Shown: piece after piece, positions 20,630 through 32,125 of the stretch
How positions within the stretch are numbered: the first letter of the stretch is position 1
Layout of the letters: the number at the start of each line of letters is the position of its first letter
Assembly: GCA_039027675.1 (NCBI GenBank)
Contig: JBCCJS010000001.1
Location: forward strand, 93,168 to 157,167
Length of the DNA: 64,000 bases
DNA from: Pseudomonadota bacterium
Lineage (GTDB): Bacteria; Pseudomonadota; Alphaproteobacteria; Sphingomonadales; Sphingomonadaceae
Direction of reading: 5' to 3'
Notes under the pieces: generated by a model
The model's database searches: none
What the model saw: only the letters and a program-made list of their open reading frames with translations
What the model was told of the DNA's origin: nothing
Position numbers and translations under genes: made by a program

Positions 20630-22197
20630 CAGTGCTCGTCATCCTTCCCGTTATCTGTTTGATAGGCGCTTTCAAAATAGGGAACGGCGTTCGCAGGCTC
20701 AGCCTTGGGTGCGCCCACGGCAAGCTGGCTGTCGCTCTCAGGCGCGGCGGATGCGAGCCTTGCATCAAGCGCAGCGATGTCATCGCGCATCGGGGCAAGG
20801 AAGCTCTCCGGATAAACACCCATCCACATCACCGCGGCCGCAATCGGGACCATCATCGCCCATTCGCGCGCCGTGATATCTGACATGGCCTGCGCGTCCT
20901 CGTTCTTCTCAGGCCCGAAGGCGACGCGGCGATAGAGGTAGAGCATGTAAGCAGCGCCCAAGATGATACCGGTCGTGCAGATCAGTGCGACCGTGGTCGA
21001 TACCTGATAAATGCCCGCCAGTGACAAGAATTCACCCACAAACCCGCTAGTGCCCGGCAATCCGATACTCGCCATGGTGAACAGCAGGAAAAACAGCGCG
21101 TAATAGGGCATGTTGTTGCTGAGCGCGCCGTAACGGTCGATCTCGCGCGTGTGGAGGCGATCATAGATCACGCCCACGCACAAGAAGAGCGCGCCCGAGA
21201 CGAGGCCGTGGCTGAGCATGATGATCACTGCGCCTTCCAGCCCCTGCACGTTGAAGGCAAACAGGCCGACCGTGACGATCGCCATATGAGCCACGCTGGA
21301 ATAGGCGATCAGCTTCTTCATATCGTGCTGCACCAGCGCGACGAGCGAAGTGTAGACCACCGCCACCATGGACAGCGCAAACACAAGCCAGGCAAAGTCA
21401 GCCGACGCCTGCGGAAACATCGGCAGGCTGAAACGCAGGAAGCCGTAGCCGCCCAATTTGAGCAGAACGCCAGCCAGGATGACCGAACCGGCAGTCGGAG
21501 CTTGCACGTGCGCATCGGGCAGCCATGTGTGGAACGGCCACATCGGCACCTTCACCGCAAAGCTCGCAAAGAAAGCCAGCCACAACCACGTCTGCGCGCC
21601 CGCCGGGAAATCGTATTGCATCAGCGTCGGGATGTCGGACGTTCCTGCCTCAGCCACCATCCAGAACATCGCGATCAGCATCAGCACCGAGCCAAACAAT
21701 GTGTATAGAAAGAACTTGTAGCTCGCGTAAATTCGGTTGTCCCCGCCCCAAACGCCGATGATCAGATACATCGGGATCAGGCCCGCCTCAAAGAAGACGT
21801 AGAACAGGAAGATATCCTGCGCGGCAAAGGTGCCGATCATCAGCGTTTCCATGAAGAGAAATGCGCTCATATATTCGCCCACGCGTTTCTGGATCGCGCC
21901 CCAGCTGGCCAGAATACAAATCGGCATCAGAAAGACGCTGAGCATGATCAGCAGAAGCGAGATACCGTCAATCCCAAGCGCATAGCTGAAGCCAGCGACA
22001 AGATCCGCACGCTCGGTAAACTGCCATTGCTCGCCGCCGATCTCGTACCCGGCCCACAGCATCACGCCCAGCGCAAAGGTTGCAAGCGTGGCGATCAGCG
22101 CGCTCCAGCGCGCCGCGCTAGCGCCTACGAACAGGCACGCGATCGCGCCTGCAAGCGGAACAAGCATCATGATGGTGAGAATGGGTAAGCCGTCCAC
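20629..22197 (-). CDS. nuoM: NADH-quinone oxidoreductase subunit M
   Basis: Motifs [20 protein letters not shown] and [12 protein letters not shown]. Confidence 0.97.
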   Translation of the reverse strand: MDGLPILTIMMLVPLAGAIACLFVGASAARWSALIATLATFALGVMLWAGYEIGGEQWQFTERADLVAGFSYALGIDGISLLLIMLSVFLMPICILASWGAIQKRVGEYMSAFLFMETLMIGTFAAQDIFLFYVFFEAGLIPMYLIIGVWGGDNRIYASYKFFLYTLFGSVLMLIAMFWMVAEAGTSDIPTLMQYDFPAGAQTWLWLAFFASFAVKVPMWPFHTWLPDAHVQAPTAGSVILAGVLLKLGGYGFLRFSLPMFPQASADFAWLVFALSMVAVVYTSLVALVQHDMKKLIAYSSVAHMAIVTVGLFAFNVQGLEGAVIIMLSHGLVSGALFLCVGVIYDRLHTREIDRYGALSNNMPYYALFFLLFTMASIGLPGTSGFVGEFLSLAGIYQVSTTVALICTTGIILGAAYMLYLYRRVAFGPEKNEDAQAMSDITAREWAMMVPIAAAVMWMGVYPESFLAPMRDDIAALDARLASAAPESDSQLAVGAPKAEPANAVPYFESAYQTDNGKDDEH

Positions 22198-22213
22198 GTG
22201 TCCCAGTCGTCCC

Positions 22214-24205
22214 CTAGAGCAGCGCGTACGTCGTTGCGGCGATCAGGCCAAGCAGCATGATCAGCGCATAAGTGTAGAGATAGCCCGACTGGATAGTCTT
22301 GGCTGCGACCGCTCCGCGCTGAACCATCCAGGCAACGCCATTGGGTCCGAACCGGTCAATTGTGCCCATATCACCCAGCTTCCAGAACTGGCGTCCGAAC
22401 CAGAAGGCGGGCTTGACGAAAGTCGCATTGTAGAGCTCGTCAAAGTACCATTTGCGGAAGACGAAATTGTGCAACGGCGCGATGGCGCTTGCGAACTTTG
22501 CTGGCACATCGGGCTTCAGAAGATAGGCGTAAATCGCTCCGCTCAGACCCAACAGCATCACGATGAAGGCTGAATACTTCACCCAATAAGGCACCTCATG
22601 CATCGCGTGAATGAGGTTCTCGTTGTAGAAAATTGAGCCGTCCCAGAACTCTGTACTATCGAGGAAGGCAGGAGCGAAGACCTGCCCGGCTGCCGCTGCG
22701 CCTACGGTGAGCAGCATCAGCGGGATTAGCATGACCCACGGGCTTTCATGAGGGTGATAACCGCCGGTTGTGTCGGCGCCGGCCTCTTCGGGCGTCTTGT
22801 GCACCGAATGCTGAATATGCTCGCTCTCGATCCATCGGGGGCTTCCCCAGAAGGTGAGGAACATCAGGCGCCAGGAATAGAAGCTCGTCAGCAGCGCCGC
22901 GATCACGCCCGCCCAGAAGGCGAATGTGGCAGCGCCCGTGCCGCGCGCAAAGGCGACCTCAATGATGGCATCTTTCGACCAGAAGCCCGCAAAGCCAGCC
23001 CCCAGATGATACACGCCCAGACCCGTAATCGCGAGCGTGCCCGCCATCATGGCCCAGAAGGTGACCGGGATGTCCTTACGCAAGGCACCATAATAACGCA
23101 TGTCCTGCTCATGATGCATGGCGTGGATGACCGAGCCTGCGCCAAGAAACAGCAGCGCCTTGAAGAAAGCATGCGTGAACAGGTGGAACATCGCTGCGCC
23201 ATATGCGCCCACGCCCGCTGCAAAGAACATATAGCCCAGCTGCGAGCAGGTTGAATAGGCGATCACGCGCTTGATGTCCCACTGCGTCGTGCCGATTGTG
23301 GCCGCAAAGAAGCAGGTCGCCGCGCCCACAATGGTCACCATGGTGAGCGCAATCGGAGCGGCTTCAAACATGGGCGACAAGCGGCAGACCATGAACACGC
23401 CTGCTGTCACCATGGTGGCTGCATGGATCAGCGCGGAGACGGGCGTTGGGCCTTCCATCGCATCGGGGAGCCACGTGTGCAGACCGAGCTGCGCGGACTT
23501 ACCCATGGCTCCGATGAACAGGAGGATGCACAAAATATCCATCGTTGGCCAGCGCATGCCAGCAAAGCCGATGGTAGCTCCACTCATGGCGGGGGCGGAT
23601 TCGAGGATTTCCGGGATTGACGTCGTCTGGAAGACCAGAAACGTACCAAAAATGCCGAGCATGAAGCCCAGATCACCCACGCGGTTGACCACGAAAGCCT
23701 TGATCGCCGCAGCGCCCGCGCTGGGCTTATGATACCAGAAACCGATCAGCAGATACGAGGCAAGCCCCACCCCTTCCCAACCAAAGAACATCTGAACGAG
23801 GTTATCCGCGGTCACCAGCATCAGCATGGCGAAGGTGAAGAGCGAAAGGTAGGCAAAGAAGCGCGGTTGGCTCTCGTCTTCCTCCATATAGCCCCAGCTG
23901 TAGAGGTGGACGAGCGCGGAGACGCTATTGATCACAACCAGCATGATCGCAGTCAGCGTGTCGACTCTAAGCGACCAGTCAAACGTCATCGCACCCGACT
24001 TCACCCAGGTGAGAAGGGACACGACTTCCGCTTCTGCGCTGCCAGTGAGAAAGCCGATAAAGATCGGCCAGCTCAGACCCGCCGACAAAAGCAACGCGCC
24101 AGTGGTCACCACCTTGGCCGGCACATTGCCGATCATGCGGTTACCGAAGCCAGCAATGATGGCCGCGATCAGAGGCGCAAAGACGATGATCTGGATCGAA
24201 TGCAT
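22214..24205 (-). CDS. nuoL: NADH-quinone oxidoreductase subunit L
   Basis: Motifs [32 protein letters not shown] and [10 protein letters not shown]. Confidence 0.97.
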   Translation of the reverse strand: MHSIQIIVFAPLIAAIIAGFGNRMIGNVPAKVVTTGALLLSAGLSWPIFIGFLTGSAEAEVVSLLTWVKSGAMTFDWSLRVDTLTAIMLVVINSVSALVHLYSWGYMEEDESQPRFFAYLSLFTFAMLMLVTADNLVQMFFGWEGVGLASYLLIGFWYHKPSAGAAAIKAFVVNRVGDLGFMLGIFGTFLVFQTTSIPEILESAPAMSGATIGFAGMRWPTMDILCILLFIGAMGKSAQLGLHTWLPDAMEGPTPVSALIHAATMVTAGVFMVCRLSPMFEAAPIALTMVTIVGAATCFFAATIGTTQWDIKRVIAYSTCSQLGYMFFAAGVGAYGAAMFHLFTHAFFKALLFLGAGSVIHAMHHEQDMRYYGALRKDIPVTFWAMMAGTLAITGLGVYHLGAGFAGFWSKDAIIEVAFARGTGAATFAFWAGVIAALLTSFYSWRLMFLTFWGSPRWIESEHIQHSVHKTPEEAGADTTGGYHPHESPWVMLIPLMLLTVGAAAAGQVFAPAFLDSTEFWDGSIFYNENLIHAMHEVPYWVKYSAFIVMLLGLSGAIYAYLLKPDVPAKFASAIAPLHNFVFRKWYFDELYNATFVKPAFWFGRQFWKLGDMGTIDRFGPNGVAWMVQRGAVAAKTIQSGYLYTYALIMLLGLIAATTYALL

Positions 24206-24214
24206 AGCGGCGCC

Positions 24215-24529
24215 CTACCCCCTCATCCGGTTCACATCATCAACCGCGATAGTGCCGCGGCCTCGGAAATAGATGACGAGAATGGCAAGCCCGATTGCCG
24301 CTTCGCCCGCGGCCACAGTCAACACGAGCATCGCAAAAATCTGCCCGGTCAGATCGCCCAGCTCTGCGCTGAACGCGACCAGATTGAGGTTCACTGCAAG
24401 CAGGATGAGCTCAACCGCCATCAGGATGACGATCACATTTTTGCGATTGAGGAATATGCCCAGCACGCCGAGCACGAAAAGGATCGCGCCCACAACAAGG
24501 TAGTGCTCAATGCCGATAATCTCGTTCAC
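24215..24529 (-). CDS. nuoK: NADH-quinone oxidoreductase subunit K
   Basis: Motifs [12 protein letters not shown] and [11 protein letters not shown]. Confidence 0.97.
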   Translation of the reverse strand: MNEIIGIEHYLVVGAILFVLGVLGIFLNRKNVIVILMAVELILLAVNLNLVAFSAELGDLTGQIFAMLVLTVAAGEAAIGLAILVIYFRGRGTIAVDDVNRMRG

Positions 24530-25149
24530 AGCTCGACCCCCTCGCCCACGGTTGGCCGCTTCAACACGGTTGCCTCTTCCGGGCGGCGCGCGATCTGCTT
24601 GCCGATATCCTGACGCCCGCGCGCACCGGGCTTGGGTTCGCGGTGAGTGAGCACAATGGCGCCGATCATGGCGACCAGAAGGATGATCCCGGCAATCTCG
24701 AACAACAGGATATAGCGCCCGTAAAGCAACGCACCGATAGCCTCGATATTGCTCTGACCCGCAGCGGCGACGGCCGTGCCATTGGCTTGGCCAAGCTCAA
24801 TCCCGCCCGCTCCATAGGCTCCGACTGCGAGCATCAATTCAGCCAGCAGGACCGCAGCAATGGCGATACCCAGGGGGAAGTTGCGAACAAAGCCCGCGCG
24901 CATCGCAGCAAAGTCGATGTCGAGCATCATGACGACGAATAGGAACAACACCGCGACCGCGCCCACATAGACGATGACCAGCAGCATCGCGATGAACTCC
25001 GCGCCCACCAGAACCATCAGGCCCGCCGCGTTAAAGAACGCAAGGATGAGCCAGAGAACCGAGTGCACCGGATTGCGCGCCATGATCACCATCACGGCGC
25101 TTGCAATCACAACGCTTGCAAAAAGGTAGAAGGCAATAGCCTGTATCAT
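24526..25149 (-). CDS. nuoJ: NADH-quinone oxidoreductase subunit J
   Basis: Motifs NPVHSVLWL and [17 protein letters not shown]. Confidence 0.97.
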   Translation of the reverse strand: MIQAIAFYLFASVVIASAVMVIMARNPVHSVLWLILAFFNAAGLMVLVGAEFIAMLLVIVYVGAVAVLFLFVVMMLDIDFAAMRAGFVRNFPLGIAIAAVLLAELMLAVGAYGAGGIELGQANGTAVAAAGQSNIEAIGALLYGRYILLFEIAGIILLVAMIGAIVLTHREPKPGARGRQDIGKQIARRPEEATVLKRPTVGEGVEL

Positions 25150-25291
25150 GATGGTTGAGCCGCTCGGTCGCCCAGCTTTCGGCCAGGCGCATGGTGCGGC
25201 GACGTGATCCCTTATTCATCCCTCGAACCCGACGCTAAGACCCTGTCCAATGGCCGGATTCGGTTATTCCATGTCCGTTTCGCAGACGCCC

Positions 25292-25780
25292 CTAGCGATA
25301 GGGCGCATCCGCTTCAAGATTGGCCGCGATGGCCCGCTCCCATTTGTCACCATTGGCGAGCAATTTTGCCTTGTCGTACAGCAATTCCTCGCGCGTTTCG
25401 GTGGCGTATTCAAAATTTGGCCCCTCGACGACAGCATCCACCGGGCAGGCCTCCTGACAAAAGCCGCAATAGATGCACTTCGTCATGTCGATGTCGTAGC
25501 GCGTGGTGCGGCGGCTGCCGTCTTCGCGCGGTTCGCTCTCGATGGTGATCGCCTGAGCCGGGCACACCGCTTCGCACAATTTGCACGCAATGCAGCGCTC
25601 TTCGCCATTCGGGTAACGGCGCAAAGCGTGCTCACCGCGAAAGCGCGGGGAGAGCGGCGACTTTTCGAAGGGGTAATTGATCGTAACCTTGGGCTTGAAG
25701 AAATACTTCAAGGTCAGCGCATGCGCCTTGAGGAATTCCCACAGGGTGAACGATTTGAGGAGCTGGGTTGCGGTGGTCAT
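25292..25780 (-). CDS. nuoI: NADH-quinone oxidoreductase subunit I
   Basis: Two 4Fe-4S motifs: [12 protein letters not shown] and [12 protein letters not shown]. Confidence 0.98.
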   Translation of the reverse strand: MTTATQLLKSFTLWEFLKAHALTLKYFFKPKVTINYPFEKSPLSPRFRGEHALRRYPNGEERCIACKLCEAVCPAQAITIESEPREDGSRRTTRYDIDMTKCIYCGFCQEACPVDAVVEGPNFEYATETREELLYDKAKLLANGDKWERAIAANLEADAPYR

Positions 25781-26250
25781 TCTTCCTCATCCGCTGGAAT
25801 GCACTTGCCTTCGGCCAAGACTTTCAGTGGTTCACGACGACCTTCTTCGAACCGAGTCAATGCGATAGGCTGGAAATGAAATTTGAGTGAGCCGTCGTCC
25901 TGCGCAGCGTAGTGAAGCGTCCCGCCGCAGTGACCTTCGGTGAACATGCAGGGCCCCCTGCCAACGACAAACACCGCGAAAGAAGAAGGGCCAGTTCGGA
26001 TCGCAGGACGCTTGCCCTCAAACTGGAGCGGGCTTGATGGCCAGACAATCTCAATCTCACGTTCGGTCTTGATAAGGCCGAACTTCCAGGCCGGATTGGT
26101 TTCCTGTCCAAATTGGATCGGCGATCCCGAAACACCCTCGTCGCTGGAGCTCAATGCATAGATGTTACCGAACGAACACGCGTATGACTGCGCCGATGCC
26201 GCGGTTGAGGAGGCGACGGCAAGGAGCACGATTGAAGCCTTCCCAATCAT
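25777..26250 (-). CDS. Hypothetical secreted protein inserted between nuoH and nuoI
   Basis: 157 aa with a signal peptide (…ASSTAASA) and 4 Cys. ATGA overlaps at both ends. Confidence 0.8.
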   Translation of the reverse strand: MIGKASIVLLAVASSTAASAQSYACSFGNIYALSSSDEGVSGSPIQFGQETNPAWKFGLIKTEREIEIVWPSSPLQFEGKRPAIRTGPSSFAVFVVGRGPCMFTEGHCGGTLHYAAQDDGSLKFHFQPIALTRFEEGRREPLKVLAEGKCIPADEEE

Positions 26251-27293
26251 CCGAAATGCCCCGTCGCCATCAAATAGCCGCTGATTAGCGCGACAAACAA
26301 AAGACTCATCGGCAGGAAGACTTTCCAGCCAAGCCGCATCAGCTGATCATAGCGGTACCGGGGAACGGTCGCCCAGATCCAGCTGAACATGAAGAAGAAC
26401 ATAAAGGTCTTCAGCAGGAACCACACGATCCCCGGCACATAATAGAGCGGCGCCCACTCAATCGGCGGCAGCCAACCGCCCACGAACAGCAGCGTGCACA
26501 GCGAGCACATCAGCAGGATGTTGGCGTATTCGCCGAGCCAAAACAGCGCGAAGGCCATGCTCGAATACTCGGTCTGATACCCGGCGACGAGTTCGCTTTC
26601 GGCTTCAGTCAAGTCGAACGGAGCGCGCGCAGTCTCAGCCAGCGCCGAGATGAAGAACACGACGAACATCGGAAACAGCAGCGGATGCACAAAATGCGCG
26701 TTGACGATGCCAAGGCCAAAGCCTTTCTGGCTCATCACAATCTCGCTCATATTGAATGAGCCGACGAACAGCACCACGCACACAAGCACAAAGCCGATGG
26801 AAACCTCGTAAGAAATCATCTGCGCCGCCGCGCGCATGGCCGAAAAGAACGGGTATTTCGAGTTCGACGCCCACCCGCTCATCACCACGCCGTAAACACC
26901 CAGAGAGCTGATCGCTAGGATGTAGAGCAGGCCGACATTGATGTCCGCCATCACCACACCGTCGGCGAACGGGATCACCGCCCAGGCGGCAAGTGCTACG
27001 GTAAAGGTGATGATCGGCGCGAGCAGGAAGATGCCCTTGTTCGCCGCGCTGGGGATGATCGTCTCTTGGAGGAAGACCTTTAGGCCATCCGCAAACGACT
27101 GGAGCAATCCAAACGGTCCCACCACGTTCGGCCCCCGGCGCAACATGATCGCGCCCAGCACCTTGCGGTCAACATAGATCACCATTGCCACCGCCAGCAT
27201 GACAAGCAGCGAGATGATGACAATCCCGAGCACCGTCGCAATGGTCCAGGCCCATTCGAACGGCAGGCCGAGAGATTCGAAGAACGGGGTCAT
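26247..27293 (-). CDS. nuoH: NADH-quinone oxidoreductase subunit H
   Basis: Motifs [31 protein letters not shown] and PRYRYDQL. Confidence 0.97.
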   Translation of the reverse strand: MTPFFESLGLPFEWAWTIATVLGIVIISLLVMLAVAMVIYVDRKVLGAIMLRRGPNVVGPFGLLQSFADGLKVFLQETIIPSAANKGIFLLAPIITFTVALAAWAVIPFADGVVMADINVGLLYILAISSLGVYGVVMSGWASNSKYPFFSAMRAAAQMISYEVSIGFVLVCVVLFVGSFNMSEIVMSQKGFGLGIVNAHFVHPLLFPMFVVFFISALAETARAPFDLTEAESELVAGYQTEYSSMAFALFWLGEYANILLMCSLCTLLFVGGWLPPIEWAPLYYVPGIVWFLLKTFMFFFMFSWIWATVPRYRYDQLMRLGWKVFLPMSLLFVALISGYLMATGHFG

Positions 27294-27457
27294 TAGCCGT
27301 GCCAACTCACTTCGTGAATTTCGGTCGCGTCAGACCTACGCTTCTTTAGGTCTTCGCTAGTTTTACGCATGGTTATCCAGCCCGAAATCCTGAATATTGC
27401 AACGATCAAAAGGAGAGCCGTGACAACTGCACCGATTATGATCAACGCAGTTGTCAT
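27293..27457 (-). CDS. Small single-TM protein inserted between nuoG and nuoH
   Basis: 54 aa ([22 protein letters not shown]...). ATGA overlap with the nuoG stop and TAATG overlap with the nuoH start. Confidence 0.7.
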   Translation of the reverse strand: MTTALIIIGAVVTALLLIVAIFRISGWITMRKTSEDLKKRRSDATEIHEVSWHG

Positions 27458-29469
27458 TCCGCCGCCTCCTTGATTTCGTCCGCGTGGAGCAGTTCGGCTG
27501 AGCATTGCTGCATGACGTGGCTTGCGCGGGCGATCGGGTTGGTGAAGTAGAAGTCGGCGATCGGGTAGGCGGTGATTTCGCCTTCCGCCTTCGCGCTCGC
27601 GTCAGCCTTGGGCAGCGCGCCGTAATCCGCGAGGCCCTCTTCGCCCAGCGCCGGCACTTCGGCGATCATCGCTGATTGCAACTCGGCAAAGCTGTCAAAC
27701 CCGACACTCACGCCCAAAGCGTCCGCCAAAGCACGCAGGATCGTCCAGTCTTCGCGTGCGTCGCCCGGTGCGAAGACGGCCTTTTCAGCGAACTGAACGC
27801 GTCCTTCGGTGTTGACGTAGGTCCCGTCTTTTTCGGCGTAGGAGGCCGCTGGCAGGATGATATCGGCTGCATGCGCGCCCTTGTCACCGTGGTGGCCGAT
27901 ATAGACCTTGAGGCTGTCTGCGAACGGGGCAAAGTCCATCTCATCCGCGCCAAGACTGAAGATGACCTTGGGAGCCGCCACCGCGATTTCCGCCATGCCG
28001 CCTTCGACCGTGAAATCGAGCATCAGCGAACCCATACGCGCCGCGCTCATATGCAGCACGTTGAAGCCGTTCCACCCGTCTTTGACGAGGCCAAACTTTT
28101 CGACCAGCTTCAGCGCCGGAGCCAGCGCTCCCTTAGCCAGAGCCGCGCCGCCCAGAATCACCGCCGGACGCTCAGCCGCCTTCATCGCGTCGCCAATCGC
28201 CTTGGGGACACGGTTCAGGATTTTCAGATCATTGCCCACAAACTCAGCCGGATAGGTGGTCTCCCATTCCGGGCCGATAACGAAGACCTTGGCGCCATTC
28301 TTGGCCGCCTTGCGGATGCGCGGGTTCGCCAGCGCCGCTTCCCAGCGGATGTGGCTGCCGATGATGAGGATCGCGTCAGCGGTCTCGATGCCTGCAAGGG
28401 TCGAATTAAAATTCACCGCCGCTATGTTCGAGACATCGTAGGTCATGCCCGTCTGACGCGCTTCGACAAGCGATGAACCGCAGGCCCTGAGCAGCGCCTT
28501 GGCCGCGAACATGGTCTCGCAATCGACGATATCGCCTGCGATCGCCGCGACCGAAGTCTTGTCCTTGTCCAACGCTCCGGCAATGATACCAAATGCCTGG
28601 CTCCAGTTGGACGAGGTGAGCTTTCCGTTCATGCGAACATAGACGCGGTCCAGTCGACGCTTGGTCAGACCGTCAACCTGATAGCGCCCTTTATCCGACA
28701 ACCATTCCTCGTTCACATCATCGTTAACACGCGGCAGAGCGCGCATGACTTCGCGCCCCTTGGAGTGGAGCGAGATGTTGGCACCAACCGCGTCTGAAAC
28801 ATCGATGCTGAGAGTTCGCTTCAATTCCCACGGACGTGCTTCGAAGGCATAGGGGCGCGAGGTGAGCGCTCCCACGGGGCACAGATCGATCACATTGGCC
28901 GAAAGCTCATGCGCGGCGGCCTGTTCGAGATAGGTTGTGATCTGCATGTCCTCGCCGCGATAGAGCGCGCCGATTTCATCCACGCCCGCAATCTCTTCAG
29001 AGAAGCGAACGCAGCGTGTGCAGTGGATGCAGCGGGTCATGACCGTCTTGATCAGCGGGCCCATATATTTCTCGGTCACTGCACGGCGATGCTCCTGCGT
29101 GCGGGCAACACCGCGCCCATAGGTCATCGACTGGTCTTGCAGGTCGCATTCGCCGCCCTGGTCGCAAATCGGGCAATCGAGCGGGTGGTTGATGAGAAGA
29201 AACTCCATCACGCCTTCGCGCGCCTTCTTGACCATCGGCGTGTTGGTGCGAATTTCCTGCCCCTCGCCCGCTGGCAGCGCACAAGAAGCCTGAGGCTTGG
29301 GAGGTCCCGGCTTCACTTCAACGAGGCACATCCGGCAGTTACCGGCGATACTTAAACGCTCGTGGTAGCAAAACCGCGGGATTTCCTTGCCCGCCAGCTC
29401 GCAAGCCTGAAGAACCGTTGCGCCCGCCGGGACGTCGATTTCTTCGCCGTCTACGGTGACCTTAGGCAT
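27454..29469 (-). CDS. nuoG: NADH-quinone oxidoreductase subunit G
   Basis: Motifs CYHERLSIAGNCRMC, HPLDCPICDQGGEC and CIHCTRC. Confidence 0.98.
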   Translation of the reverse strand: MPKVTVDGEEIDVPAGATVLQACELAGKEIPRFCYHERLSIAGNCRMCLVEVKPGPPKPQASCALPAGEGQEIRTNTPMVKKAREGVMEFLLINHPLDCPICDQGGECDLQDQSMTYGRGVARTQEHRRAVTEKYMGPLIKTVMTRCIHCTRCVRFSEEIAGVDEIGALYRGEDMQITTYLEQAAAHELSANVIDLCPVGALTSRPYAFEARPWELKRTLSIDVSDAVGANISLHSKGREVMRALPRVNDDVNEEWLSDKGRYQVDGLTKRRLDRVYVRMNGKLTSSNWSQAFGIIAGALDKDKTSVAAIAGDIVDCETMFAAKALLRACGSSLVEARQTGMTYDVSNIAAVNFNSTLAGIETADAILIIGSHIRWEAALANPRIRKAAKNGAKVFVIGPEWETTYPAEFVGNDLKILNRVPKAIGDAMKAAERPAVILGGAALAKGALAPALKLVEKFGLVKDGWNGFNVLHMSAARMGSLMLDFTVEGGMAEIAVAAPKVIFSLGADEMDFAPFADSLKVYIGHHGDKGAHAADIILPAASYAEKDGTYVNTEGRVQFAEKAVFAPGDAREDWTILRALADALGVSVGFDSFAELQSAMIAEVPALGEEGLADYGALPKADASAKAEGEITAYPIADFYFTNPIARASHVMQQCSAELLHADEIKEAAE

Positions 29470-29756
29470 TAGCGGATCACCTCAATACCCTTGACGCAGA
29501 GCGACGGAGTAGGCGTCAGTGGCCCAGTTATCCGAACGCCCCAGCCCTTATCCACGTGATCTGCAACGTCGTCCAAGGCTCTAAGAAGCTTCATGTTCTC
29601 TTTTACATTCCAGCGACGCTTACCGTCTTTCCCGACCACACCTTCAGGCGAATAGACTCGATAAAAGCCGTCTGCATGCCGGTGAGCGTACCGAATTTCT
29701 GCTCCGCCTTTTCGAGGGCCGGTTGAGAAAACGTGCTTTTTCTGAACGACAGTCAC
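29469..29756 (-). CDS. Hypothetical basic soluble protein inserted between nuoF and nuoG
   Basis: 95 aa. GTGA overlap with the nuoF stop and TAATG overlap with the nuoG start. Confidence 0.75.
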   Translation of the reverse strand: MTVVQKKHVFSTGPRKGGAEIRYAHRHADGFYRVYSPEGVVGKDGKRRWNVKENMKLLRALDDVADHVDKGWGVRITGPLTPTPSLCVKGIEVIR

Positions 29757-31057
29757 TCCGCCGCCTCCTGAAGCTCAGGCGCAAACTGCGCGTTGTGCTC
29801 TTCAATCCGGCGCTCCAGCTCGGGGCGGAAGTGGCGGATGAGGCCCTGGATCGGCCACGCCGCCGCATCGCCCAAAGCGCAGATCGTGTGGCCTTCGACC
29901 TGCTTGGTGACCTCGTGCAGCATATCGATCTCTTCGATGGCCGCATCGCCGGTGCGCAGGCGCTCCATGACGCGCCACATCCACCCGGTGCCCTCGCGGC
30001 ACGGGGTGCACTGGCCGCAGCTTTCGTGCTTGTAGAAGTAACTGAGGCGGCTGATCGCGCGCACGATGTCGGTGGACTTGTCCATCACGATCACGGCGGC
30101 GGTGCCAAGCCCTGAGCCCAGCTCCTTAAGCCCATCAAAATCCATCGGCGCTTGGCGAATCTGCTCAGCAGGAACAAGCGGCACCGAAGACCCGCCTGGA
30201 ATAACCGCCAGCAGATTGTCCCACCCGCCTCGAATGCCGCCGCAATGCTTCTCGATAAGCTCTTCGAAAGGAATGCTCATTTCCTCTTCGACCACGCAGG
30301 GGTTTTCGACATGACCGCTGATCTGGAAAAGCTTGGTGCCGGCATTGTTCTCGCGCCCGAAGCTCGTGAACCAGCCCGCCCCGCGCCGCAGGATCGTGGG
30401 CGTCACCGCAATGCTCTCAACGTTGTTGACCGTGGTCGGGCAGCCATAAAGGCCCGCACCTGCCGGAAATGGTGGTTTGAGGCGCGGTTGGCCCTTCTTG
30501 CCCTCAAGGCTTTCGATCATCGCGGTCTCTTCGCCGCAAATGTAAGCGCCCGCGCCGCGATGCATGAAGACGTCGAAATCGCAGCCCGAGCCGCTCGCGT
30601 TCTTGCCGATCAGGCCTGCGTCATACGCCTCGTCGATAGCCGCCTGCAGCGTCTCGGCCTCGCGGATATATTCGCCGCGGATGTAGATATAGGCCGCCCT
30701 CGCGCGCATGGCGAAGCCGGCAATCAGCGCGCCTTCAACCAGCTTGTGCGGATCGTGGCGCAGGATTTCACGATCCTTACAGCTGCCCGGTTCGGATTCG
30801 TCAGCATTGATGACGAGGAAGCTGGGACGCCCGTCCTTGCTTTCCTTCGGCATGAACGACCACTTGAGCCCGGTCGGAAAACCCGCTCCGCCCCGGCCGC
30901 GAAGCCCCGATGCCTTGATCTCTTCAATGATCGAATCCTGCCCGCGCTCGATCAGGGCCTTGGTGTTGTCCCAATCGCCGCGCATCTGCGCTGCCTTGAG
31001 GCCCCAATCCTGAAAGCCGTAGACATTGGTGAAGATACGGTCCCGGTCAGCGAGCAT
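29753..31057 (-). CDS. nuoF: NADH-quinone oxidoreductase subunit F
   Basis: Motifs [29 protein letters not shown] and [12 protein letters not shown]. Confidence 0.98.
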   Translation of the reverse strand: MLADRDRIFTNVYGFQDWGLKAAQMRGDWDNTKALIERGQDSIIEEIKASGLRGRGGAGFPTGLKWSFMPKESKDGRPSFLVINADESEPGSCKDREILRHDPHKLVEGALIAGFAMRARAAYIYIRGEYIREAETLQAAIDEAYDAGLIGKNASGSGCDFDVFMHRGAGAYICGEETAMIESLEGKKGQPRLKPPFPAGAGLYGCPTTVNNVESIAVTPTILRRGAGWFTSFGRENNAGTKLFQISGHVENPCVVEEEMSIPFEELIEKHCGGIRGGWDNLLAVIPGGSSVPLVPAEQIRQAPMDFDGLKELGSGLGTAAVIVMDKSTDIVRAISRLSYFYKHESCGQCTPCREGTGWMWRVMERLRTGDAAIEEIDMLHEVTKQVEGHTICALGDAAAWPIQGLIRHFRPELERRIEEHNAQFAPELQEAAE

Positions 31058-31092
31058 CTCGAGCGTCCCTCTCAATAGCGTCAGCCAGCATC
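31046..31092 (-). repeat. Duplicated nuoF start (13-bp direct repeat, 12/13 identical) framing a 14-codon mini-ORF
   Basis: GATGCTGGCTGAC (31092-31080) and GATGCTCGCTGAC (31058-31046). The mini-ORF 31091-31047 encodes [14 protein letters not shown]. Confidence 0.75.
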
Positions 31093-31269
31093 GGTTTCGT
31101 CCTTTTGAGCTTTTGATTTCTTTCCGACGACCCCCGTCAGCGCAGCAAAGGTCGCGCCAACGGCAATAAACACAGGGCCCATCGTTTCGCCCGAGACGAA
31201 TGTCATATAGACGCCAACGCCCATATTCAGCAGCGCTGCGAACAGCATGACCCCTTGCCCAGTCGTCAT
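31081..31269 (-). CDS. Small two-TM protein inserted between nuoE and nuoF
   Basis: 62 aa with two hydrophobic helices and a basic/acidic tail. ATGA overlap with the upstream insert. Confidence 0.7.
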   Translation of the reverse strand: MTTGQGVMLFAALLNMGVGVYMTFVSGETMGPVFIAVGATFAALTGVVGKKSKAQKDETDAG

Positions 31270-31457
31270 TCTTGCTCACCCTGATCCATCGTGGACTTCT
31301 TCGCCATCTTCATATGCCGAAGCGTAAGAGCCTGAAACATCAGACCAAACCCCATGAACGTGATCCCCAGCATGCGCTCACCGGTGGAGGCAAGATACGC
31401 GCCCGCCAGAAAGCCAATGAGACCGGCAATAGCCAGAGCAAGGAAGCCGCCGTTCAT
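31266..31457 (-). CDS. Small two-TM protein inserted immediately after nuoE
   Basis: 63 aa ([22 protein letters not shown]...). TGATG overlap with the nuoE stop. Confidence 0.72.
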   Translation of the reverse strand: MNGGFLALAIAGLIGFLAGAYLASTGERMLGITFMGFGLMFQALTLRHMKMAKKSTMDQGEQE

Positions 31458-32125
31458 CACCATTCTCCCCGATAATCGTGATTGGCATCGACCATTTCTT
31501 TGAGAGTGGTGACGCCGGTCTTGGGTTCGGAGGTGTGGCGGCCGGGCTCTTGTGTGCCGGTTTTGGGTTGCTCTCTTGCCGCCAGCGCATCGAGCACGGC
31601 ATCGAGGCGTTCGGGGGTTAAGTCTTCGTAATTGTCGTCGTTGATCTGGACCATGGGCGCGGTGGCGCAATTGCCCATGCATTCCACTTCGGTGAGGGTC
31701 CAAAGGCCATCTTCGGAGACCCCGCCCTTCCTCATGCCGCGCGCCTTGCACGCGCTGATAATATCGTCCGAGCCGCGCAGCATGCACGGCGTCGTGCCGC
31801 AGACCTGCACGTGATATTTGCCCACCGGCTTCATGTTGTACATGAAATAGAAGGTCGCGACTTCAAGCACGCGGATCACCGGCATGTCAAGATAATCGGC
31901 GATATATTCAATCACCGGTAGCGGAAGCCAGCCTTGCGTATCAGTTTCTTCGCCAACCTGACGCTGACCCAGATCGAGAAGCGCCATGACCGCCGATTTC
32001 TGACGACCATCGGGGTATTTGGCGATGTGGTAATCCGCCTTCGCCTTGTTCTCTGGCGTCCAGGCAAAGTCGCCCCAGCGCGCGCGCAGTTCAGGCGTAT
32101 CGGGTGCGGGTGTGCGGTCAGCCAT
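31457..32125 (-). CDS. nuoE: NADH-quinone oxidoreductase subunit E
   Basis: 2Fe-2S motifs CGTTPC and ECMGNC. Start at MADRTP after SD AGAGG. Confidence 0.97.
   Translation of the reverse strand: MADRTPAPDTPELRARWGDFAWTPENKAKADYHIAKYPDGRQKSAVMALLDLGQRQVGEETDTQGWLPLPVIEYIADYLDMPVIRVLEVATFYFMYNMKPVGKYHVQVCGTTPCMLRGSDDIISACKARGMRKGGVSEDGLWTLTEVECMGNCATAPMVQINDDNYEDLTPERLDAVLDALAAREQPKTGTQEPGRHTSEPKTGVTTLKEMVDANHDYRGEW

Noticed and set aside
31058-31279. N-terminal extension of nuoF in the ORF track
   Set aside because: It overlaps a better-supported small membrane ORF, and NuoF homology begins at MLADRDRIF (31057).
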